Shown here: positions 1 through 6,554 of the stretch, one piece after another | Position numbering within the stretch: the first letter of the stretch is position 1 | Layout: every line of letters starts with the position of its first letter | Virus record (IMG/VR): IMGVR_UViG_3300014656_000064 | Coordinates: 1-38,479 of that record | Source of the DNA: a virus | Taxonomy: Duplodnaviria; Caudoviricetes | Direction: 5' to 3' (one strand) | DNA: 38,479 nucleotides | Notes under the pieces: model-generated | What the model saw: only the letters and a program-made list of their open reading frames with translations | What the model was told of the DNA's origin: nothing | Databases searched by the model: none | Translations under genes and position numbers: made by a program

Positions 1-180
1 GGTAATTGCACAGGTCTGATTGGTGATTGCTCCAATCTTCATGGTGATTGCACCAATCTTATTGGTGATTGCTCCAATCTTCGTGGTTATTGCACTAATC
101 TTAGTGGTAATTGCTCCAATCTTCGTGGTTATTGCACTAATCTTATTGGTGATTGTACTGGGATTAGTGGCAATCTTGAT
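1..180 (+). repeat. 21-nt coding tandem repeat, about 8 units
   Basis: Unit approx ggt(g/a/t)attgc(t/a)c(c/t)aatcttNNt; a 33-nt stretch at 71-103 recurs exactly at 113-145. Confidence 0.9.
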
Positions 181-246
181 GAGTGTTTTCTTACATACAA
201 AGATCGTGAGTCCGGAGTTGACATTAAAGCCCTTGTGAGAACATAA
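1..246 (+). CDS. 3' end of a Cys-containing heptad-repeat protein (partial, runs in from the left edge)
   Basis: Frame +1 is open from base 1 to TAA at 244-246: GNCTGLI GDCSNLH GDCTNLI GDCSNLR GYCTNLS GNCSNLR GYCTNLI GDCTGIS GNLDECFLTYKDRESGVDIKALVRT*. Not in the ORF track because the start lies outside the window. Confidence 0.8.
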   Translation, partial: GNCTGLIGDCSNLHGDCTNLIGDCSNLRGYCTNLSGNCSNLRGYCTNLIGDCTGISGNLDECFLTYKDRESGVDIKALVRT

Positions 247-305
247 CACGGGACAGGTATATAAAAGAACTGGGGATTTGAGTAAAATTAAAGAAAGGAA
301 AATTG

Positions 306-467
306 ATGAATAACTTTCATAGTTGGGTTTATGCTTGGGTATTAGTTATTGATGGAATTTTTGGTATTCTTTCATTTGGAACCTATAAGAACTCTTTTGG
401 TATGGATTTTTTTGAATTTGTAACAAGAAGAAAATTAAGTAAAATGAAAAGATTTCAAAATAAGTAA
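306..467 (+). CDS. small hypothetical protein (53 aa) with one hydrophobic segment
   Basis: AAAGGA RBS upstream of ATG 306; MNNFHSWVYAWVLVIDGIFGILSFGTYKNSFG...NK*; shorter than any ORF in the track. Confidence 0.55.
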   Translation: MNNFHSWVYAWVLVIDGIFGILSFGTYKNSFGMDFFEFVTRRKLSKMKRFQNK

Positions 468-516
468 GGCATTATCTAAATAGAAATTGTGGCTGATTAA
501 GTTTGTGTAGTAATGT

Positions 517-592
517 GCTCCGGTAACTCAGATGGTAGAGTATCGCCCTTTTAAGGCGAGAGTCGAGGGTTCGATCCCCTCCCGGAGTACCA
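517..592 (+). tRNA. trnK: tRNA-Lys(TTT)
   Basis: Cloverleaf: acceptor GCTCCGG/CCGGAGT, D arm ACTC/GAGT, anticodon arm TCGCC-CT TTT AA-GGCGA, T arm GAGGG-TTCGATC-CCCTC, encoded CCA. Confidence 0.96.
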
Positions 593-633
593 AAAAAATG
601 GCAAGATGAAAATTAGCGTTAAGGAGCAAAAAA

Positions 634-948
634 ATGAGTGGATTGTATATGATTAGGTGGGCTACTGTGACGAGGTATTTTTACGCCAAAACAGTAAACG
701 AAGCTGTTTCTATGATGGTAACTCGCTGTTGCCAGCCGGTTAATGGCATTTTGTGTGAGAGTGACTCCAAGATTGAGATTGTCAGTTGGATGAATAAGAC
801 TTTTGATGAGGCAAAGAAAATCGCAATTGGAAATGGTGCGAAGTCAATTTATCGGTGTACACCCTGGGTAGAGATTTTACTAAAAAAGCAAATGACGATT
901 GCTGAAATTGAACGGGAGTTAGGTTATGGAGTAGAAATACGCACCTAA
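634..948 (+). CDS. hypothetical protein
   Basis: AAGGAG RBS, 104-aa ORF filling the space between two tRNAs. Confidence 0.7.
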   Translation: MSGLYMIRWATVTRYFYAKTVNEAVSMMVTRCCQPVNGILCESDSKIEIVSWMNKTFDEAKKIAIGNGAKSIYRCTPWVEILLKKQMTIAEIERELGYGVEIRT

Positions 949-955
949 TTTAGGT

Positions 956-1040
956 GGGGGTGTAGTCCAATTGGTAGGAGACAGGAGACTTAAAATCTCT
1001 GGCCTATGCCGTGTCGGTTCGATTCCGACCACCCCTACCA
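956..1040 (+). tRNA. trnL: tRNA-Leu(TAA)
   Basis: Acceptor GGGGGTG/CACCCCT, anticodon arm GGAGA-CT TAA AA-TCTCT, variable arm GGC-CTAT-GCC, T arm GTCGG-TTCGATT-CCGAC, encoded CCA. Confidence 0.95.
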
Positions 1041-1046
1041 TAAAAT

Positions 1047-1241
1047 ATGAATAGTTCTGAACCCTTCGATGTCTCCAAAGAAAGAGTGTATAAAATGAAG
1101 TTTACAATAGCGACAGAATCCGAAGTTTTGAAGTATTTTAATATTGCTAAAGAATGGTATGAAAGTACCAATGGTACTTTTTCAGCATGTCAGTCTGTTG
1201 CTAAATATGCTGTAATAGAATACATTGCCAATAGTGAATGA
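1047..1241 (+). CDS. hypothetical protein (start may be the later ATG of MKFTIATE)
   Basis: 64-aa ORF, co-oriented with neighbours; weak RBS. Confidence 0.5.
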   Translation: MNSSEPFDVSKERVYKMKFTIATESEVLKYFNIAKEWYESTNGTFSACQSVAKYAVIEYIANSE

Positions 1242-1282
1242 AAAACTGTGTTTAATTTAAAACAATTAGAGGTTTAAAAATG

Positions 1283-1311
1283 TTTACTTTTCCTACCAAA
1301 TAAATTATAAT
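1283..1311 (+). promoter_or_regulatory. early sigma70-like promoter
   Basis: (TG)TTTACT-17 nt-TATAAT; matches the T4 early-promoter -35 GTTTAC. Confidence 0.7.
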
Positions 1312-1357
1312 TATCTTGTTAGTTAAATAAGGGTCTTCAAACAAGGAGCAAAAAAAA

Positions 1358-1540
1358 ATGGCTCGCAATGAAAATCAAGTGTTTGATACGGGCGATTTTG
1401 TGCGTGTAAGCGATAAGTGGTGGCTTGTTGAAGAAGATGTTGACGATTTTGGGTATTTCGTTGCTAGCAACGACGATGGTCTTGATGTTCGTTTTCATAT
1501 CAGAGAAGTTGTCGAGGTTGATAGAAAGAATGTACGGTAG
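1358..1540 (+). CDS. hypothetical protein
   Basis: AAGGAG RBS, downstream of promoter at 1283; small beta-rich-looking 60-aa protein. Confidence 0.7.
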   Translation: MARNENQVFDTGDFVRVSDKWWLVEEDVDDFGYFVASNDDGLDVRFHIREVVEVDRKNVR

Positions 1541-1619
1541 TTTTAAAATGTGGTGGGTGTGATTAATAGTGTCTATATCACAGGCGGTATAGACACTATA
1601 CACAAACTGGAGGTATAAC

Positions 1620-1808
1620 GTGGAATATCCAAAAATTGAAGACGTGTATCTTGGTGATGGTGTCTATGCATCGTTTGACGGATACCAGATTGTGTTGGAT
1701 CTGCGTGGTCAGAATTCTACTACTAGGATTGCACTTGAACCGGACGTGTTGAATGCTCTTGATTTGTATCGTAAGAATATCCTAGATGCCTACGATAATC
1801 CAAAATAA
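1620..1808 (+). CDS. hypothetical phage protein
   Basis: GGAGG RBS before GTG; YLGDGVYASFDG..IALEPDVLNAL reads as a real phage-type small protein. Confidence 0.75.
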   Translation: MEYPKIEDVYLGDGVYASFDGYQIVLDLRGQNSTTRIALEPDVLNALDLYRKNILDAYDNPK

Positions 1809-1833
1809 AATTAGGTTGATGTGAACTTTTTTG

Positions 1834-1862
1834 TTTACATCATTAGCAAGATGGATTAAAAT
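1834..1862 (+). promoter_or_regulatory. early sigma70-like promoter with overlapping inverted repeat
   Basis: (TG)TTTACA-17 nt-TAAAAT; inverted repeat AAGATGGAT-TAAA-ATTCATCTT (1848-1869) overlaps the -10 box. Confidence 0.65.
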
Positions 1863-1927
1863 TCATCTTATGAAGTGGAGAGAATATTCTCTCCAGGTTA
1901 TAGTCAACATCGAAAGGATGTACAGTT

Positions 1928-2149
1928 ATGGTTAATGTGATCAACGGTAAGGCGAACTTCACTCGGGACAATCATCGCTTTATTGTCACCGAGAACGGTG
2001 TGAGGGTCCATCGAAGGCTCGATAGTCACATCGAGTATTCTCTCAACGCCACGTCACGCTGGTCCAAATCTGATTACGACGCTCGTCGGTATCAACTCAA
2101 CAAGCATGCAGAACTGATCAGCGCGGTTCAGACCGTTATTCGAGGGTAG
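1928..2149 (+). CDS. hypothetical protein
   Basis: AAGGA RBS, own promoter upstream and hairpin downstream. Confidence 0.7.
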   Translation: MVNVINGKANFTRDNHRFIVTENGVRVHRRLDSHIEYSLNATSRWSKSDYDARRYQLNKHAELISAVQTVIRG

Positions 2150-2156
2150 TTTGGTT

Positions 2157-2184
2157 TGGGGTTAGGTCACCCGATTTAACCCCA
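2157..2184 (+). terminator. stable hairpin after the 1928-2149 gene (terminator or processing/stability stem)
   Basis: TGGGGTTAGGTC-ACCC-GATTTAACCCCA, 12-bp stem; no U-tract on the + strand. Confidence 0.5.
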
Positions 2185-2330
2185 GACACACGCAACAGGA
2201 ATTAACAATGTGTTCATTGATATTTAGATTTGACTTTCATAGGCGGCAGTTTCGGGATAGAAAGTACGTGATCTAGTTGATCGATATGTTCTTATTCATA
2301 TATAAAAAAATATCTGCCTCCTTTTCATTT

Positions 2331-2515
2331 TGTAGACATCAGCAGTTCCTTATAAAAATTATGGGAAATTTATACTGCTCGTCTACATCAAATTGCAGAC
2401 ATAAACAATTCCTTATTACAAATAGCCGCCATCGCGGCACATTAGTTTATTGTTCGTCTGCTTAAATATGTGGCATAGGAAATTCCTTAAAATCTGAATA
2501 ATATTTCTAGCCACA
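2331..2515 (+). ncRNA. array of three structurally conserved bulged hairpins (putative ncRNA or structured leader)
   Basis: Units 2331-2387, 2395-2461, 2469-2515; each = 6-7 bp stem, 3x1 internal loop, 6-bp stem, TCCTTA, variable loop; stems differ in sequence with pairing retained; 7-nt spacers. Confidence 0.75.
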
Positions 2516-2537
2516 AAATAAAAACCAGAGGTATAAA

Positions 2538-4409
2538 ATGCAAACAGCTCTACTGAGACTTTTTAACGGAGTACACACAGAAAATAAAACTCAAGAGTTC
2601 AAGCAAAACGAGAGGCTAATAAAAAGATCTTGTAAAAATGGATATGTTGTTGATCCTAGAATCAAAGTAACGGCAGCTCTTCTTGATATTATTGAGGAGT
2701 TTGTTGGAATGTCAGGTGAAAAGGCTAATACCACATTCCATAAATCGTGGAAGACGATCCAAGATACTCCTCAAGAGACTCTTTGGGTACAAGCTATTGT
2801 TCACTATATAACAACATATGGTTTTCAGACTATGGGTATGTATAATGATGACACGATTTATATACCGCATGAGCAACTGGATATTCCTGAGATTACAGAA
2901 GATGTTCCTCTTGTTTTTATTGAGGCAATGACAGCTAGTGATATTCTGAATGACATTCTACGATTGGGTTCGTCTGGCATTGCTTTGCATGAGGAAACGT
3001 TGAATGATATTATGGAAGTTGTCGAAGCAATGCAGTTTGATTCTGATTTCATTGTTGAAATTAATAATAGAGAACTAAAGGCGCGTCTTAACGATTTTTA
3101 TGGCATTGTTCCTGATGAACCTGTAGAGTTTCTTCGTTATGTTATTAGCAAGCTTTGTAATGAGTCTCTTATTATTAAGAACACATATATGGTTGATAAG
3201 ATTAAGGAGTCAAATGGAAAGTTCTTAGATGAATTGATGAAGGATGCTCCAGCTAATCTAGCTTCAATCTTCTTTAGGTTCAAGCCATTATTTTTGGCGA
3301 TGAAGTCTATTTCTAAAGATAAGACTTTTTACAACGCGCTTCGCAAGAACGCTAATAAGATGCATATTCCTGTGAAAATGAATTACCTAGATATGGTTAC
3401 GGCTGAGATTAGAGCCGGAACATTTGATGTGGATATAATGTTGAGAGCTCTTGAAAAAGCTTCGGTGTTTAGAAAGATTAAACTTGCATATGCATTGAAG
3501 GCGCGTTTGAATGCATGCGAATCTATTGTTTATTGTATTCGTAATGGCAGAGGATGGGCAACCGATTTCTCATGGGATCCTAAACTTGTAGATAAAACAG
3601 AAGCGGTGTACAATATAGTTTATGAGGCTATTGTAGAAGATATAAAGAAAAACGTTGATGGAAGGACAATTTATATTCCTAATTATATTAACTATGCTGT
3701 ACCCTCTACGGAAAAGATGTTCACGGGGTTCTTCCCTAGAGGATCATATGTAACGGGTGAAGAGGATTTGATTGTTGGAATTCATTGGACAAATAATGTT
3801 AATCGTCGTGTTGACCTAGATCTTTCTGCAATTTGTTCTAACTCAAAGATTGGTTGGGACAGTCGTTATAATAGTGATGATAAGAGTATTTTATTCTCTG
3901 GAGATATCACTTCTGCTCCTAAGCCAAAAGGTGCCACAGAGCTGTTCTATATGAAGAATGGTTGTGTTGAACCATTTCTACTAGTTGTGAATGACTTCAA
4001 CCACAGGTCTAATAGTCCCGTTGACACCAGAATCATATTCGCTCATGAGAAGATTAAAAATCTAAATAGAAATTACATGGTGGATCCAAATAATATTATT
4101 GCTTTAGCAAACATTGTGATTGATAAGAAGCAAACTATTCTTGGTCTTATGACACCAGTTGATAATGAAAATCGTTTCTACTTTTGTAACGCGTCAGTAG
4201 GAACTGGTAATGTATCAGTAAATAATAGCCCTATGAAGCACAGTCTAAATTATATGATCTCCAGTATGATTGATTCAATCAGTCTTAACACACTCCTGGA
4301 AGATGCTGGTGCGACCCTGGTGAATGAAAAGCCAAAAGGTGATGAGTACATTAACCTAGATCCAAGTGTCCTTGATAAACATACTGTGATTGATTTAATA
4401 GTGAGGTAG
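2538..4409 (+). CDS. large protein with helical-looking N-terminal region and C-terminal TerD-like domain
   Basis: 623-aa ORF with GAGG RBS; C-terminal VGIHW...RVDLDLSA...IGWD...ILFSGDITSAP..GATELFY resembles the TerD-family pattern (W..DLDxSA..SGD..E). Confidence 0.7.
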   Translation: MQTALLRLFNGVHTENKTQEFKQNERLIKRSCKNGYVVDPRIKVTAALLDIIEEFVGMSGEKANTTFHKSWKTIQDTPQETLWVQAIVHYITTYGFQTMGMYNDDTIYIPHEQLDIPEITEDVPLVFIEAMTASDILNDILRLGSSGIALHEETLNDIMEVVEAMQFDSDFIVEINNRELKARLNDFYGIVPDEPVEFLRYVISKLCNESLIIKNTYMVDKIKESNGKFLDELMKDAPANLASIFFRFKPLFLAMKSISKDKTFYNALRKNANKMHIPVKMNYLDMVTAEIRAGTFDVDIMLRALEKASVFRKIKLAYALKARLNACESIVYCIRNGRGWATDFSWDPKLVDKTEAVYNIVYEAIVEDIKKNVDGRTIYIPNYINYAVPSTEKMFTGFFPRGSYVTGEEDLIVGIHWTNNVNRRVDLDLSAICSNSKIGWDSRYNSDDKSILFSGDITSAPKPKGATELFYMKNGCVEPFLLVVNDFNHRSNSPVDTRIIFAHEKIKNLNRNYMVDPNNIIALANIVIDKKQTILGLMTPVDNENRFYFCNASVGTGNVSVNNSPMKHSLNYMISSMIDSISLNTLLEDAGATLVNEKPKGDEYINLDPSVLDKHTVIDLIVR

Positions 4410-4482
4410 ATTATGTCTACAGTTGTGAAAAAACGTGATATTGAAAATTAATATCACTTAGATTTTTTGTTTTTCCAATCTG

Positions 4483-4491
4483 TGATATAAT
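4483..4491 (+). promoter_or_regulatory. possible extended -10 promoter
   Basis: TGaTATAAT, followed by tatattgtag, similar to the sequence after the -10 box at 1306; no clear -35. Confidence 0.4.
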
Positions 4492-4585
4492 TATATTGTA
4501 GTCAAAATTCAATCATCATTCTGTAGGAGGACTGGCCAGTGGTGTCACAAGTATTCGGAAACTCCGAATAGTTCAGGAGGCGACG

Positions 4586-4837
4586 ATGAGTAAGCACGAA
4601 GAAAATTTGAGATATGCCGTAACAGCACTACGGAAATATGAATACAAATCTTGGTCCGACTCCCAAACGGACCCAGACTACATCGAGGCTGCTGCCGATT
4701 ACATGGCCGAACTGGAGGCTGAACGCGACAGCCTGCGGGCGGTGGTGGCGCAGGTGAAGGAGTGGCACGATAAGGCCGCGCTCGGCGACGTGTGCGTGAC
4801 CTTCGGCAAGCTGGCCGCCATACTTGGGGGAAAATGA
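4586..4837 (+). CDS. hypothetical protein (GC-rich patch)
   Basis: AGGAGG RBS; IEAAADYMAELEAERDSLRAVV coiled segment typical of small phage accessory proteins. Confidence 0.75.
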   Translation: MSKHEENLRYAVTALRKYEYKSWSDSQTDPDYIEAAADYMAELEAERDSLRAVVAQVKEWHDKAALGDVCVTFGKLAAILGGK

Positions 4838-5031
4838 TGAAACTAAGACAGGCTGGATGTCGGGAATGTGAAAATTCGACTAGCGGAGATTGTGGGCAGC
4901 ATTATGCGGGGGTCTGTGCATCATGCGGGCAACCCCCATCTGTATACAACTTTAACGGCGGCGCGGTTTGCTGTGAGGAAGAAATCTCACGCCTTCGCGC
5001 TGAACTCGACAGCCTGCGGGCGGTGGTGGCG
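4718..5031 (+). repeat. 33-nt direct repeat (4718-4750 and 4999-5031), 1 mismatch
   Basis: gctgaac(g/t)cgacagcctgcgggcggtggtggcg, encoding AE(R/L)DSLRAVVA in two adjacent genes. Confidence 0.9.
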
Positions 5032-5250
5032 AACGTGCGATGGCTCGCAGAACGATGTGAGGCCAGCGAGGACGGACCATATCCGCACGAAATCTTTGGG
5101 TTGCTTGAGGGCCAGCCGAAGGTGCTGGCGGTAGATCACGGAAGGTGGAGCGGAAAGGCCTACTGGATTGACGGGTCGGCGATACCTATGGGGATTGGTG
5201 AAGCGTGGCCCGATGTAACCCGTATCATCGTCGAAAGGGGAGTGAAATGA
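4834..5250 (+). CDS. hypothetical Cys-rich protein (GC-rich patch)
   Basis: ATGA overlap with the upstream stop gives start 4834 rather than 4792; CRECENSTSGDCGQH and CASC motifs suggest Zn binding. Confidence 0.7.
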   Translation: MMKLRQAGCRECENSTSGDCGQHYAGVCASCGQPPSVYNFNGGAVCCEEEISRLRAELDSLRAVVANVRWLAERCEASEDGPYPHEIFGLLEGQPKVLAVDHGRWSGKAYWIDGSAIPMGIGEAWPDVTRIIVERGVK

Positions 5251-5363
5251 CCTGGAACTATCGCAAGGCCAGGCGCGGCGAAATCAGATGCGGGCAGTGC
5301 CGCACCAGCCCCAAGGGCAAGACAACCACGTTCAAGCAAGTAAAAGAATTGGATAGTAAGTAG
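5247..5363 (+). CDS. short or truncated hypothetical protein at the right edge of the GC-rich patch
   Basis: ATGA overlap and GGAG RBS; MTWNYRKARRGEIRCGQCRTSPKGKTTTFKQVKELDSK*; composition switches back to AT-rich within the ORF. Confidence 0.45.
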   Translation: MTWNYRKARRGEIRCGQCRTSPKGKTTTFKQVKELDSK

Positions 5364-5390
5364 GCTGCCGATGGCTAAGTGTAGAAAGGT

Positions 5391-5465
5391 GGGATCATAG
5401 TTTAATTGGTAAAACGGTGCCCTGTCACGGCATTGTCCGGGGATCGTAACCCCGTGGTCCCGCCA
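5391..5465 (+). tRNA. trnD: tRNA-Asp(GTC)
   Basis: Acceptor GGGATCA/TGGTCCC, anticodon arm GTGCC-CT GTC AC-GGCAT, T arm CGGGG-ATCGTAA-CCCCG (non-canonical loop), discriminator G, CCA. Confidence 0.9.
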
Positions 5466-5472
5466 AAAATAT

Positions 5473-5550
5473 AGTCGGTTAGTCTAGTTGGTTAAAGGCA
5501 TCTGCCTTACAAGCAGAATATCGTGAGTTCGAATCTCACACCGACTACCA
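5473..5550 (+). tRNA. trnV: tRNA-Val(TAC)
   Basis: Acceptor AGTCGGT/ACCGACT, anticodon arm TCTGC-CT TAC AA-GCAGA, T arm GTGAG-TTCGAAT-CTCAC, CCA. Confidence 0.96.
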
Positions 5551-5601
5551 AAATCACATCGACGTAACCATATTTATTGATACACCAAATGGAGTTAAAG
5601 C

Positions 5602-5949
5602 ATGGTAGAAATGTCTAATAATGAACATGTATCGCCAAAAAATTCAGTTGCCATTTTGGGCAATTCTGGTATGTCAATTGTTTCTAAATGGGTAGTTAAA
5701 TACGATGATGTGTTCGATATGCCACAATATATTCAAGGAGTATATTTAGGACCACTCCTGGGTGAAGCAGGAAAGAACATTTATATTGGGGATATAGAAT
5801 CTATTGACTTTGAACAAATGATTGTCACGCGCTATACTGGTGATCAGTGCAAACTTATTGGTAAAGGAAAGCGGATGATTTTGCTTAACGAAGAGGATGT
5901 ACAAAATTTAGCAAATTTGAATTTAGAAGATTTAGATTTAGATGAATAG
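5602..5949 (+). CDS. hypothetical protein
   Basis: GGAG RBS; ATATTTAT motif at 5570-5577 upstream; 115 aa with acidic tail. Confidence 0.75.
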   Translation: MVEMSNNEHVSPKNSVAILGNSGMSIVSKWVVKYDDVFDMPQYIQGVYLGPLLGEAGKNIYIGDIESIDFEQMIVTRYTGDQCKLIGKGKRMILLNEEDVQNLANLNLEDLDLDE

Positions 5950-5956
5950 TTTTTTG

Positions 5957-5985
5957 TTTACTTTATAGTTATTTTTGCTTATTAT
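5957..5985 (+). promoter_or_regulatory. early sigma70-like promoter
   Basis: (TG)TTTACT-17 nt-TATTAT. Confidence 0.6.
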
Positions 5986-6025
5986 ATTTTAGTGATACCT
6001 TTTTTTATGTGATTAGGAGAATGAT

Positions 6026-6541
6026 GTGAAAAACGTTATTCGATCTAACGGTAAGATTGCTAAGCGACGTTCAAAAAATCTTAACGAGGGCGAAATTCAG
6101 TGTCTGACTTGTGGAACGTGGATAACGGTTTCTAAATTTGTCGATAAGCATTTCAATGAGATATTTTATTGTAAGTCCTGTAAGAAAGAGCAACAAGAAG
6201 AAGACAAAAAAGTTGATATCAAACCAAAAAAGAAAAAACAACAGAGGCCGCAGTTTCCTGACAATTGTCCACATCGTCCGTTTTTTGGTTGTAATAGTTC
6301 TAGATGGTGTCAAGGGTGTTACTACAATCCAGACGAGAAGATTGCATTGATGACAAAGTTTGGATATGACTCCGATGAAGTGAAGACATCAAAAACACAC
6401 TGGTTTTATAGTGATAAGAACCATGCTAAGAAATTGTTGGCACTTCTAGAGGATATCAAACAGGGTAGGGGTTTATTAAAAGGTGGTAATCGTTCTTGGT
6501 TTAAGTATGCAAGAAAGAACAAAGACGATGATGAAGAATGA
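6026..6541 (+). CDS. hypothetical Zn-finger-like protein
   Basis: AGGAGA RBS; CLTC...CKSC pair and a second CPH...C...CQGC cluster; basic. Confidence 0.75.
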   Translation: MKNVIRSNGKIAKRRSKNLNEGEIQCLTCGTWITVSKFVDKHFNEIFYCKSCKKEQQEEDKKVDIKPKKKKQQRPQFPDNCPHRPFFGCNSSRWCQGCYYNPDEKIALMTKFGYDSDEVKTSKTHWFYSDKNHAKKLLALLEDIKQGRGLLKGGNRSWFKYARKNKDDDEE

Positions 6542-6554
6542 GAGGTAAATAGTT

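Noticed and set aside
1-180. CRISPR-like array
   Set aside because: Contiguous 21-nt coding units with no spacers.
20-238. 72-aa hydrophobic ORF MVIAPIF... in the track
   Set aside because: Out-of-frame shadow of the 21-nt repeat; frame +1 gives a coherent GDCxNL repeat protein with a normal C-terminus.
2277-2465. 62-aa ORF with CRHxQFLI and YCSS repeats
   Set aside because: No RBS; peptide repeats are a by-product of hairpin units A and B being in frame; unit C lies outside the ORF; changes conserve base pairing.
2331-2515. Hairpin array read as CRISPR, tRNAs or tandem terminators
   Set aside because: No identical direct repeats or cas genes, no cloverleaf or T-loop, no U-tracts, and large loops with a conserved internal bulge.
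4718-5031. Diversity-generating retroelement TR/VR pair
   Set aside because: Only 33 nt, the single mismatch is G/T on the coding strand, and no reverse transcriptase is in the window.
4868-5134. Alternative-frame 88-aa ORF
   Set aside because: Nested in 4834-5250; open frames are expected in GC-rich DNA; no RBS.
5391-5550. tRNA-associated integration (att) site for the GC-rich patch
   Set aside because: No duplicated tRNA end at the other side of the patch and no integrase in the window.
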